A DNA stretch of 64,000 nt from Candidatus Latescibacterota bacterium. Its GTDB lineage: Bacteria; Latescibacterota; UBA2968. Numbering within the stretch: the stretch's first letter is position 1; each line of letters begins with the position of its first letter. The notes under the pieces were generated by a model. It made no database searches and was not told the origin of the DNA. It saw only the letters and a program-made list of their open reading frames with translations. The position numbers and the translations under genes were made by a program. The stretch is taken from the NCBI GenBank assembly GCA_965204375.1, contig OZ241986.1, positions 4,000,001 through 4,064,000 on the forward strand, given 5' to 3'. Below, one piece after another: positions 48,922 to 58,380 of the stretch.

Positions 48922-50151
48922 TTATCCTTTCCCTTTTTTTCCCAACAGTATCCGTCCAGTGCTTACGGTGTAGAGTATGCTATCAATTCCATTCGGTCTT
49001 TCGTCTCGATATACGCCTCTTTTGGCTTTCCATTCCGTGATTGCCAGTGCCGCACCTAGCATATTTAGCTCTGCTGTTTGTACGTTACCGTATATCTGAT
49101 TAGGTTGTTCCTCTTCTCCATCCCGAATGCCGTTTCCCTCTTTTTTCACATCCTTTGGTCTGTATTGCGTTTCTACTTTTACCATTCCACCTATCTGGTC
49201 GTTGTTATCGCCTTCTATATCCAGCCCTAACCCAACACTTATATGTAGCACTCCCATTTCGTTGCATTTATTTTGCATCTTTCTCCTGCTGTTCAGACAG
49301 TCCACCGCAATAAAGACAGTTGTGCATTTCGCCAAACATTTCAGCGTCTCATCATCTATTCGCTTCTCATGTACGTATATCCCTTCTTCCCGCACTGCCG
49401 CATACCGTTCTCGATGCCATTCTACCTTACTCTTCCCACTCCCAAGTTCCTCTATCCTTGCTGCTCCTGCTATTCTGAACGCGTTGTGTTGTTCCAAAAC
49501 GTCGTCATCATACAAGTATAGCTCTTTAATGTTTGTTTTGGCTAGTATGTCAACGAGGTACGACCCACTTCCTCCTACTCCTATCACCGCCACTACCTCG
49601 TCCTCTATTCTCTGTTCTATTCCTCTTAACCCGTTCCGATACGCGTTTGTATCTACGTATTTGAACCTTGTCTTTGATTCGACCTCTGGATCTCCACCTG
49701 CTCTTGCCGCCTCCAAGATTCCCGGGCGTTTGGCTTCTGCTTCGCCTCCAACTTCTTCCACATAAGTTTCTATTTTTTCTTGGTAGTCTCTGTACCCACG
49801 ACTGCCTCCTTCACTCTTTGGTTTTCTTGACCACTGCATGTATACCATGATTCCTTCTCCTAAGTCTTGTCCTCTGGCCCAATTTCCACAGCTCAAGTAT
49901 GGCTCCATACTCTCCCCGCTTGCCGTGTGTGGTGTTTCACCTGTCCACCACACTGTATGATCGCCCGGAGGTCTGGTCTTATCACCCGCAAGTTCCAGAC
50001 TCGTTACAATATCTCCATTACCAATATCTCCATTTTGCTTTACGTACGGTATCCCCTTTACTAGCAGGTAGGCCCCGCGTATTTCTACGCGGTAGCCTGC
50101 CTCTACTAGTGCGGATAGGTCGTTGTTATGACTTATCGGTGAATTTGACAT
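48922..50151 (-). CDS. ThiF/E1-family adenylyltransferase with N-terminal E2-like (DUF6791-like) domain
   Basis: VIGVGGSGSY, DDDVLEQHNAFR, FIAVD, QTAELNML; N-terminal YLLVKGIPYV. Confidence 0.85.
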   Translation of the reverse strand: MSNSPISHNNDLSALVEAGYRVEIRGAYLLVKGIPYVKQNGDIGNGDIVTSLELAGDKTRPPGDHTVWWTGETPHTASGESMEPYLSCGNWARGQDLGEGIMVYMQWSRKPKSEGGSRGYRDYQEKIETYVEEVGGEAEAKRPGILEAARAGGDPEVESKTRFKYVDTNAYRNGLRGIEQRIEDEVVAVIGVGGSGSYLVDILAKTNIKELYLYDDDVLEQHNAFRIAGAARIEELGSGKSKVEWHRERYAAVREEGIYVHEKRIDDETLKCLAKCTTVFIAVDCLNSRRKMQNKCNEMGVLHISVGLGLDIEGDNNDQIGGMVKVETQYRPKDVKKEGNGIRDGEEEQPNQIYGNVQTAELNMLGAALAITEWKAKRGVYRDERPNGIDSILYTVSTGRILLGKKGKG

Positions 50152-50374
50152 TGAATCTCATCCCCTCCATAATTTTTGTTTCCTCCCCTTCCTTGAGAAT
50201 CCCTTCTTTCTCTCCTCTCGGTCCGTCCGTCCAAGTTACGTCATATTCGTACAGTGGTCCATGCTTTCCATCCGGGTACGCTAAATTTACTACCTTGTCA
50301 TAGCTAATTTTCTCCTCTTGGGCCTCGTACTTACGTCCTCTGACGTAGATCAAGATTTTTCTTCCTGCGCTCAT
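50126..50374 (-). CDS. Ubiquitin-like (multi-ubiquitin domain) protein
   Basis: IYVRGR...ISYDKVVNLAY...Y.VTW..GP....G.L..GE..KI.EGM.FNV; AGGAG upstream; 26-bp overlap with the E1 gene. Confidence 0.8.
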   Translation of the reverse strand: MSAGRKILIYVRGRKYEAQEEKISYDKVVNLAYPDGKHGPLYEYDVTWTDGPRGEKEGILKEGEETKIMEGMRFNVKFTDKS

Positions 50375-50774
50375 ATCCTGCTCCTTTGTAAGTTATATTC
50401 GACTGATCGTGCCATTTTTAAAACTCCTCATGGTTTAGGGTTTAGCAAGTACCCCACTTCTGTTCCCAGGCTGGGGCACCGACGACTATGCCCGGCTGCG
50501 CCTCACCGCAGCATATAACCATTAGCCACTACTTCGCGTGTCACTTAGGCGCGGAATATGTAGCCGATGATCTACCGCTTCTTACGATTGGCTATCAACT
50601 CAACTCCTTGTGAGATATCGGAGAAGATTTTTGTTGACTTCCGGGATCAGGCGTTCTATCGTAAACTATATAGCTGGGATAGCATTTCATTCCTGACTGG
50701 CGACCCGCCTCCACACTGGAGATTTCCCGCCGCCACGGAGTCTCCGAACTCCGCAGCAGCGATTCGCCAAGATT

Positions 50775-50798
50775 GAGGGGGCATGGCAGTGCCCCCTC
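50775..50798. terminator. GC-rich hairpin downstream of the metallopeptidase gene
   Basis: GAGGGGGCA-TGGCAG-TGCCCCCTC; no clear U tract. Confidence 0.45.
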
Positions 50799-50810
50799 TT
50801 CTCGTTTGCT

Positions 50811-51395
50811 TCAATTCATCATGTTCAGCCCCCTCAACCTCGCCCGTACGAATGCCGGAGTCACTTTGAAGATGGTCGATAATATCTCATGAATGCGATA
50901 GATAGAGAGTGCCTTTCTGACCGCTGGCTCTGGCATGAGCAAACCGCCAGCAAACCGATGCGCCTGCCATTCGGGATTCCTGTAGATGGGGATCTCAGTG
51001 TCGGGCAGTCGATGCAGTATCCCATCGTTTTTGGCCTGCTCCGATATAATCTTCTGCCGTCGCCGCCGAAACTCTGGTATGTGTAAAATCGCGTGACCGA
51101 TTTCGTGCGCCACGGTCGAACGGTAATAGGACACAGCGGTGGGATCGTCCGCGAGTTCAGCCGACACTACGCAGACTTTATTTTCCGAGTCAGTATAACC
51201 CTGGATTCCACGTTTTTCAAGGGGCTGGTAATCCGACTCAATACCTAGTTGGGGAAGTAAAAACTCAAAGATGGACTCCACGTCCACGACCTGCGGTTTC
51301 TTGATGGCCGCGGGCTGGCAGTAGCCCAGAACACACTGTGCAATTTTGTCGATCTCTTGGCCGCTGCGGGCCCGATCTGGAACTAATTTTCGCAT
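50811..51395 (-). CDS. ImmA/IrrE-family metallopeptidase (CapP-like)
   Basis: RSTVAHEIGHAILH, EWQAHRFAGGLLMP. Confidence 0.88.
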   Translation of the reverse strand: MRKLVPDRARSGQEIDKIAQCVLGYCQPAAIKKPQVVDVESIFEFLLPQLGIESDYQPLEKRGIQGYTDSENKVCVVSAELADDPTAVSYYRSTVAHEIGHAILHIPEFRRRRQKIISEQAKNDGILHRLPDTEIPIYRNPEWQAHRFAGGLLMPEPAVRKALSIYRIHEILSTIFKVTPAFVRARLRGLNMMN

Positions 51396-51778
51396 CGATT
51401 TTGTCTCCTCCGTTCTTGCATCTGGGCGACCGTCTCAAGTAGTTTGTCCAGATCTTCTTCTGACAGACCGTCTGCTCGCATCAACTCCCCGACCATTTGG
51501 GTCATCTTCGGGCTACTATTCCTAATCATCCTCATTAACTTAGTCGGCATTAAACTTCGGACTTCTTCCGCCAGTTTTATCAGTCGGCTGTCCTGAATAC
51601 CCAACTTCTTCTCGATCTTGGCCACTACATTAGGCGATGGCGGTGGTTTGCGACCCTGCTCCACATCCGATAGGTAGCCGATTGACTTGCCTGTGGCCTC
51701 TGCGAGTTCCCGAAGAGTCCGACGTGCTGTCCGGCGTTCGTTCTTGAGGAGTGCGGCAAACTTTTCTATAGTTGACAT
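51383..51778 (-). CDS. XRE-family HTH regulator (CapH-like)
   Basis: TLRELAEATGKSIGYLSDVEQGRKPPP; AGGAGG RBS; overlaps the peptidase start. Confidence 0.88.
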   Translation of the reverse strand: MSTIEKFAALLKNERRTARRTLRELAEATGKSIGYLSDVEQGRKPPPSPNVVAKIEKKLGIQDSRLIKLAEEVRSLMPTKLMRMIRNSSPKMTQMVGELMRADGLSEEDLDKLLETVAQMQERRRQNRCEN

Positions 51779-51797
51779 CGCGGCTTCCTCCTTTCGC

Positions 51798-51832
51798 CGC
51801 TATAGGCGTAACATTTTACGCCTTCTATAGCG
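51798..51832. promoter_or_regulatory. Imperfect palindrome upstream of the HTH gene, candidate operator
   Basis: CGCTATAGGCGTAA-CATT-TTACGCCTTCTATAGCG. Confidence 0.5.
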
Positions 51833-51898
51833 TAAAAATAAAGTATAAACAAGAGACTAAAAAGTCAAGCGTTTTTTCACACTCATAGGTCTAATCGC

Positions 51899-53226
51899 GG
51901 TCAAGTCCAAAAAGTTCTGTAAAAAGGTAGCTCCGTGAAATAGGGGTCAGAGATTTTGTTTCAAATACCTCATGTCCAGATAGCGTCTGCCGGTGATCCA
52001 CTCTTCAGACCACTCCATACACAACGCGCCGATCAGACGTTGACAAGCCTCCTGATTCGGGAAGATCTGCACGACATCAGCCCGTCTTTTGATCTCTCGG
52101 TTGAGTCGTTCCAACAGGTTGGTCGTCCGGATGCGTCTTTGATGCTTTTTTGGAAAGTGGAAGCAGGCCAGACAATGGATAATATCCTGGTCTATTTTGT
52201 CCACGACATTGGGCAGTATCTCTTCATAGGTGTCCATCAGTTGCGATAGGCGCTGTTGTGCGGTGTTGTGATCTGGTGCATTGAAAACGTCTTTAAGTGC
52301 CTCGGCGACCTCCCGTTGGTGCTTAGGCGGTGTGATGCCTTTGATATTTCTGTGGAAGTGGGTTTGACAATGCTGCCAAGCGGCCCCCTGAAAGTGTCGT
52401 TTGATGGCGTTTTGTAAGCCTTCGTGGTGGTCAGAGATGACCAGTTGTACGCCCTTTAACCCACGCTTTTTAAGGTCTTTAAACAGATCAGCATACGTGG
52501 CTTCTGTTTCGGAGTGTGCCACATCTATGGATAGGATGTCTCGGTGTCCACTCTCTGCGATCCCAGAAACGATTAAGACGCCCTCAGACGCGACTTGTCC
52601 CCTGCTACGGATGTGGAGATAGGTCGCATCAATGATCAGATAAGGGTATGCCTGGTCAAGGGATCGCTCACGCCATGCGTTTATGTCTGCATCCAGGTCT
52701 TGACAAAGCTGTGAGACCTGGGACTTTGAAAAGGAGGTCCCACACAAGGCTTCTGTGATCTTTGTGACTTTGCGTGTGGAGACCCCTTGTAGATACGCTT
52801 CTTGAAGGGCAAGTATGAGCGCTTTTTCACTGCGTTGAAACCGTGCAAATAACGCACTGCTGAATCGCCCTTCCCGATCTTGGGGCACGCTAAGCTCGAT
52901 ACGGCCTACGCGCGTTTTGACTATCCGAGGTTTATACCCGTTACGGTAGCCTGTTCGCTCGCCAGTTCTTTGATAGGGTTCTGCCTGTAAAAATGATGTG
53001 ATCTCGGCTTCGAGGAACTGCTGGAGGAAGCGTGTCACGGCCTGATTAAGAAAATCAGGGTCATTTAAAAGTGCGAATTGCTCTGGCGCAGCAATTTTAA
53101 TATCTTTGGGGTAAGTCATCGTAGCCTCCAAGGTTAGGGTTTATACTACTTACTCACCCCTATCTTAAGACTTTTCTCGGAGCTACGGTGACTTTTTACA
53201 TTTTACAGAAATATATGGACGCTATC
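51899..53226 (-). mobile_element. Complete IS256-family element (1328 bp) with 8-bp target duplication CTAATCGC
   Basis: IRs GGTCAAGTCCAAAAAGTTCTGTAAAA / GATAGCGTCCATATATTTCTGTAAAA; TSD at 51891-51898 and 53227-53234. Confidence 0.92.
51947..53131 (-). CDS. IS256-family transposase
   Basis: YRNGYKPR, GVSTRKV, IIDAT, ISDHHEGL, QHCQTHF, RTTNLLERLNREIKRR. Confidence 0.96.
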   Translation of the reverse strand: MEATMTYPKDIKIAAPEQFALLNDPDFLNQAVTRFLQQFLEAEITSFLQAEPYQRTGERTGYRNGYKPRIVKTRVGRIELSVPQDREGRFSSALFARFQRSEKALILALQEAYLQGVSTRKVTKITEALCGTSFSKSQVSQLCQDLDADINAWRERSLDQAYPYLIIDATYLHIRSRGQVASEGVLIVSGIAESGHRDILSIDVAHSETEATYADLFKDLKKRGLKGVQLVISDHHEGLQNAIKRHFQGAAWQHCQTHFHRNIKGITPPKHQREVAEALKDVFNAPDHNTAQQRLSQLMDTYEEILPNVVDKIDQDIIHCLACFHFPKKHQRRIRTTNLLERLNREIKRRADVVQIFPNQEACQRLIGALCMEWSEEWITGRRYLDMRYLKQNL

Positions 53227-53340
53227 CTAATCGCTCATTGAGGTGTAATTTTTAATTTAAGCACACCTTCAATTAAAGACCAAATAGTGGCAAAAATCGA
53301 AAAATTGTTGTATTCATTGAAAGAAATAGCTTATCTTGGT

Positions 53341-53373
53341 TGTCATTGCGGCATGGTTTTAGCCGCAATCCAG
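53341..53373. repeat. 33-bp REP-like palindrome, copy 2
   Basis: Exact reverse complement of 23679-23711; lies 33 bp upstream of the herA start. Confidence 0.85.
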
Positions 53374-53406
53374 TCTGCCAAATAAGAACAAAATGAGGTA
53401 AACAGT

Positions 53407-55587
53407 ATGACTCTTAAAACTCATGATGGAGTACCCTCAATCTCTGGCACCGAGAGCGTAATTAGAGACTATGAAACAGGAGAAGAACAGCGACAGGCCC
53501 AACAATTGCTTGGCTCTCTCGTACAGGCCGATCAGTATGTGGGGGAGGTCTATTCGCTTGGATATGAGACGGCTCTTGTGCAAATTCACGATTTCCACCG
53601 TCGAGAGGTTGGTGGTATTCCAAGTCTTTGCTTTCTCATCGCCACGCGACTTGGTGTGGATGAGGAATTTGACTACACTAAGGAAGATAGTTCGATAATT
53701 CTGCTGCGCGTAATGGATGCCGCACCGCTACCGAATGAGGATGAGGCGACCAGAGTGCGTGTACAGGCTGCACAGCAAGTGCCTGGTCCCACCGAGGGGC
53801 ATTGGGATCGTTCCGACGTGATGGACTTTAATACTGCACAGCTACTAAGTTACGCCGGAGTGCAATGCCGCGTTATTGGGACGTTCTACTTGCAGCCTTC
53901 AGAAGTCGAGAACGATGAAAGGCTACGTCTCCTGTTCGGTGCTGACCTGTCGAACTATTACCCCAACCAAGGGCTAAAGGTTTACAAGCCGAATGGCAAG
54001 GCTTTGCGACAGATTGTGAATTACCGTGAGATCGACAGTAATGGAGTGAACATCGGCGAGGTTCGGTACGCCTCAACCAACCGCGCTTTTCAAGGCATCC
54101 GCGACGTTTCGGTGACAATTGTACCGGAAGATCTGTTAGGACAAAAGAGCGCACTATTCGGGATGACACGAACTGGAAAGTCGAATACGACGAAGATCAT
54201 AGCAGAGGCAGTGTTCAATCTTCGATATAATTCGAATTCGCTGCGGAAGGTGGGGCAGATCATCTTCGATCCGAATGGAGAGTACGCCAATGCTAATGCA
54301 CAAGACTCGGGTGGAGAGGCTCCAAACGCGCTCAAAAATGTATGGCGTGGACGCGAGGAGGGTAATTCCGAGGATGTGATTACTTATGGGATTCTTGGTC
54401 ATCCCAATGATCCCGAACGAGAGTTCATGTTGCTAAACTTCCATGCCGAAGAGAACCTACCTATCGGAAAAGAAATCATTGACGAGGTGTTGCCAGCCCG
54501 AGACTCAAAGTACATCCAAAACTTCCAGCAAGTTCGTTTGCAGCCACTTGAATCAGGAGCAGAATTTGGAGATCGAATTCGCTACGCTCGACAAGTGTTG
54601 GCATATCGTACCTTGCTGGTAAAGTCTGGCTTTATCGCTCCCAACACTATTCAGCCGCGCACTACCCTCCCCAACAACCTCTTCAGCCAAGACCTGATCC
54701 GAGCACTGACGGATAACGAAGACCCCGAATTTGCGTCTGCGGCGCGAACATTCGGAACAGAAATACCGAGTTGGGACCGACTGGCGCAGGCTCTCGAAGC
54801 ACTCCATAGGTTCATAGGGACTAACGATTACAAAAATTTTGAGAATGAATACATTCAAAACTCCTCTTCTGGCGAGGCGTGGGCTGACGGAGACCTAAAA
54901 GCCATATTGGAGATGATTGCACGTCCGAATGGTGCTCAACTCATTAGACAGGCACGGCCTCAGCATACCGAGAGCACTACTACGGACTATGTTGACGATA
55001 TTTATAATGCGTTAGTTGCTGGAAAACTTGTGATCGTGGATCAGTCCAGCGGGGATGAGGCAGTAAACGACGCCTCAGCGCGTCGAATCGTGCAGCGCAT
55101 CTTTGACGGCAATAAGGAGGCGTTCCGGGAAGGACGCTCGACGGAAGAAATACCGGATATTCTCATCTACGCTGAGGAAGCGCACAACCTGCTTCCGTCG
55201 GATCGCGAGACAGATTATCGAGATATATGGGTTCGCACAGCAAAGGAAGGCGCAAAGTACAATCTCGGCTTAATCTACGTCACACAGGAAGTGTCGAGTA
55301 TCCAAAGGAATATTCTAAAGAATACTGCGAACTGGTTTATCGGCCACCTCAATAACACGGATGAAACGCGAGAACTTCGAAAGTTCTATGATTTCGCTGA
55401 CTTTGAGGGATCGATTCTCCGCGCCCAAGATAAAGGCTTTCTCCGCGTCAAAACCATTTCAAATCCTTTCGTGGTCCCCATACAGGTGCAAGAGTTTAAG
55501 TTAGAGCTGGTTAAACCAGAGGCTTCTAAATCACAGACAGAGGTTCCTGAATCACAAACTCAGTTTGGTATAGACTATGCCGTTTGA
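53407..55587 (+). CDS. herA: HerA/FtsK-family ATPase (DUF87)
   Basis: Walker A FGMTRTGKSN, IFDPNGEY, Walker B YAEEAHN, AKEGAKY, VTQ. Confidence 0.82.
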   Translation: MTLKTHDGVPSISGTESVIRDYETGEEQRQAQQLLGSLVQADQYVGEVYSLGYETALVQIHDFHRREVGGIPSLCFLIATRLGVDEEFDYTKEDSSIILLRVMDAAPLPNEDEATRVRVQAAQQVPGPTEGHWDRSDVMDFNTAQLLSYAGVQCRVIGTFYLQPSEVENDERLRLLFGADLSNYYPNQGLKVYKPNGKALRQIVNYREIDSNGVNIGEVRYASTNRAFQGIRDVSVTIVPEDLLGQKSALFGMTRTGKSNTTKIIAEAVFNLRYNSNSLRKVGQIIFDPNGEYANANAQDSGGEAPNALKNVWRGREEGNSEDVITYGILGHPNDPEREFMLLNFHAEENLPIGKEIIDEVLPARDSKYIQNFQQVRLQPLESGAEFGDRIRYARQVLAYRTLLVKSGFIAPNTIQPRTTLPNNLFSQDLIRALTDNEDPEFASAARTFGTEIPSWDRLAQALEALHRFIGTNDYKNFENEYIQNSSSGEAWADGDLKAILEMIARPNGAQLIRQARPQHTESTTTDYVDDIYNALVAGKLVIVDQSSGDEAVNDASARRIVQRIFDGNKEAFREGRSTEEIPDILIYAEEAHNLLPSDRETDYRDIWVRTAKEGAKYNLGLIYVTQEVSSIQRNILKNTANWFIGHLNNTDETRELRKFYDFADFEGSILRAQDKGFLRVKTISNPFVVPIQVQEFKLELVKPEASKSQTEVPESQTQFGIDYAV

Positions 55588-56938
55588 AGGCGAATTTGCA
55601 AGTTATAAACCACTCGCACGGATCGCTAATAGCGAGCGCGTTCAGGATATTGTGAGTCGATGTAAGAAACAGGTTCCCGATGAAGGACCAGCAGAGGCAG
55701 AGCTACTTATTGCCGATGTGAAGCCGAGCGACTGGCTACCCGATCTTGTTCTCGCTATAGATGGGAGTCTTCATCCGGTGCCTGTCGAGAATGGGTATCC
55801 TGGGGCAGAACTGGCCTATCTTACTGTTGCCTCGGTTATTATCGATGTAAAAAAACAACGCGAACTGGACCGAAACCGCCCGGTAGATCCGTTGGCAGCG
55901 CGTACAACTGAAGGAGCAGGTAGCATCGACTGTGCGCTTCCCGGTTGCAACGTAGTTGTGGATAATGAACCGACTCCGAACGCTTCATTCCGCCGCGTAT
56001 TCTTTGAGGCCATCCAGGAGAAACGTCCGTTTTCTGACGGAGAGACGCTGCTTGAGACATACGAGGCACTGTTGGCGTACAAACCTTCGGCACGTTTGCA
56101 AGGATGTCCCTATGAGGGTTGCGAGTTTGATTACGATCCTCGCCCAGGTGTGATGAATTGTAAGTGCGAACAGAAACTGAATTGGTACTCAACCGATGCC
56201 CTCCGCATTCACGAGAGATTTAATCCAGCTGGGCCAAATGGAGCAGTTTTTTCTGAGGCAATGCAGGTATGGGAGCGAGTGTGGGTCGTGAACTTCCTTC
56301 GCTGGATTGAGCGTGATCCTCGACGCTTCCGGCTGCTTCGCAACCTCGCCATTATTCTCGATGGACCGCTTGCGGTATTTGGACAACCGGCATGGCTCAG
56401 CCAGGCGATCCGCCGCGAGTTAAAGCGCATCAACGAGGCTGTTCGTAAAGTGATAGATAGCGATATTCTGATCGTCGGCATCGTAAAAAGCGGGGCATTT
56501 GTTGATCACTACGAGATATTAGATACTCCTACACATGGAACAAACGGAAACTCACGATTCAAGCCACAGACAGCAGTACTCCTCACAAACGAATATATCC
56601 GTACCCACATCGCCATCAGTGCTATCGATGATAAGCCGTTTGGTGAGGCCACTTACTTTGGACGAATGTTTTTCTATAAAACCTCTTCAGGTGCTCGAAT
56701 TGTTGCCTCCCTTCCCTTTCTCACTGAGGATGCACGGAACCTATCGAGCGGGGATGTAAGACACTTTCCGCGCCTTGCTGATGCCATGAGCCTGCTTGAT
56801 GCGACCTTCTCAGCACGCTTTCCGAACGCGGTGGCTCCGCTCGTATCAGCCCACGCAGAGGCAGCGATTCCACTTAATCTTGGACGCGAAGTGCTCGAGC
56901 AACTTGCGAAGAAGCTGATGTCCGAGGAAGAATCATGA
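55577..56938 (+). CDS. nurA: NurA-like nuclease
   Basis: LAIDGS, ILDGPL, GIVKSG, C-terminal P.PLVSAH.EA; coupled to the HerA gene. Confidence 0.78.
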   Translation: MPFEGEFASYKPLARIANSERVQDIVSRCKKQVPDEGPAEAELLIADVKPSDWLPDLVLAIDGSLHPVPVENGYPGAELAYLTVASVIIDVKKQRELDRNRPVDPLAARTTEGAGSIDCALPGCNVVVDNEPTPNASFRRVFFEAIQEKRPFSDGETLLETYEALLAYKPSARLQGCPYEGCEFDYDPRPGVMNCKCEQKLNWYSTDALRIHERFNPAGPNGAVFSEAMQVWERVWVVNFLRWIERDPRRFRLLRNLAIILDGPLAVFGQPAWLSQAIRRELKRINEAVRKVIDSDILIVGIVKSGAFVDHYEILDTPTHGTNGNSRFKPQTAVLLTNEYIRTHIAISAIDDKPFGEATYFGRMFFYKTSSGARIVASLPFLTEDARNLSSGDVRHFPRLADAMSLLDATFSARFPNAVAPLVSAHAEAAIPLNLGREVLEQLAKKLMSEEES

Positions 56939-58020
56939 TACAAGAGGCGATAGAACGCTGGGCTGCCGTAGGTCCTTACTATGCAATGTTTCCAATAAAC
57001 TTTGCTTTCGAGGTTATTGAGGAGTACACGCAGCCCGGAGACCGTATCCTTGATCCGTTCGTTGGACGAGGGTCAAGTATCTATGCTGCCGCAGCGAAAG
57101 AACGAACAGGATGTGGTATAGAGATTAATCCAGTCGGATGGGTGTACAGTAGCGTAAAACTGCGCCCAGTAACACAAGGACGCGTTCTTAAGCGCTTGCG
57201 AGAAATCGGATATAAGGCTAAAGGGATAGACATAGGTCGTGCGAACTTGCCTATGTTCTTCGAGTGGGCTTATGCGCCAGATGTGTTGCGTTTTTTACTG
57301 GCCTCTCGTGATATCCTGCGCTGGAGAGATAGTAAAGTAGATCGTACATTGATGGCGTTTATCCTGATACACCTGCACGGCAAACGCTTGGGTTCGCTAT
57401 CTAACCAGATGCGGGACAGTAAATCAATGGCTCCTGATTATGCCGTGCGGTGGTGGAACAAGCGCGAAATGAGGCCACCTACCATAGATCCTTTAGCCTT
57501 TTTAGAACAGCGGATTGAACGGCGGTACAAGAAGGGAACGCCTGACTTGGAGGGTGAAGTGCTTCTTGGGGACAGTGTTCAACTACTTAATTCAAATAGA
57601 CGACGACGTGCTTTTGCTTTGCCATTTGATCTCCTGTTCACGTCGCCACCTTACTATGGCGTGACCAACTATCACTACGACCAGTGGCTCCGTTTATGGA
57701 TGCTCGGGCATGGTCCAACTCCGCGATGGCGAGGGGGTCGTTGGCAGAGAAAATTTCAGTCGCGGTCTGATTACCTCGAACTACTTGCGGACGTGTTTGG
57801 AGGGGCTGCCCCACGCATGCGCGATAATGCTATTGTCATAGTTCGTACAGATGCTCGTGAGTTTACGCACTCGGCTACTGTCAAGGCACTACGAACAGCC
57901 TTTCCCAACAAGAACCTGCGTGAAGAACCTCGTCCTTTAAAAAGAAAAACACAAACCGCTCTATACGGCGATACTTCGAAGAAGCCTGGGGAAGTAGATA
58001 TTATTATGACTCCTAAATGA
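56935..58020 (+). CDS. DNA amino-methyltransferase (probably N4-cytosine)
   Basis: PYYAMFP, motif I ILDPFVGRGS, motif IV FTSPPYY; ATGA overlap with nurA. Confidence 0.85.
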   Translation: MIQEAIERWAAVGPYYAMFPINFAFEVIEEYTQPGDRILDPFVGRGSSIYAAAAKERTGCGIEINPVGWVYSSVKLRPVTQGRVLKRLREIGYKAKGIDIGRANLPMFFEWAYAPDVLRFLLASRDILRWRDSKVDRTLMAFILIHLHGKRLGSLSNQMRDSKSMAPDYAVRWWNKREMRPPTIDPLAFLEQRIERRYKKGTPDLEGEVLLGDSVQLLNSNRRRRAFALPFDLLFTSPPYYGVTNYHYDQWLRLWMLGHGPTPRWRGGRWQRKFQSRSDYLELLADVFGGAAPRMRDNAIVIVRTDAREFTHSATVKALRTAFPNKNLREEPRPLKRKTQTALYGDTSKKPGEVDIIMTPK

Positions 58021-58061
58021 TTTGAGCAAAGTTGAATGTAAAATTATAAAAAAAATGTCAT

Positions 58062-58380
58062 GAGTGCTCTGTCAAATAAGTTTATTGATATAGTTGTAAT
58101 GCCGTTCGAGTTTTTCTTGGGTCTTGTGTTTGGTAAAGGTCCAATTGACTACACCACGGCGTTGATTGCGTCGCTCAGCCCAAGCCAGCACTTCTTGTCT
58201 CAACGTTTTCACATCCGGAATACGTCGGTTCAGGCATTGTTTCGACAAGGCTGCGAACTCAAACTCGGCCATGTTGAGCCAGCCGCCCTTCTTGGGGGTG
58301 TAATGCGTTTCAAAAGACTGTGCCAATGAAAAGGCTTCTGTTGAAGGTAAGACCTCATAGAACGCACCGGGGGTGTAAAT
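58062..58380 (-). pseudogene. IS630-family transposase C-terminal remnant
   Basis: HYTPKKGGWLNMAEFE...QCLNRRI...WTFT; N-terminus absent. Confidence 0.82.

Noticed and set aside
50375-50810. Structured RNA, riboswitch or attC site between the peptidase gene and the Ubl operon
   Set aside because: Several short stems exist but none matches a family I can recognise; an Rfam search would be needed.
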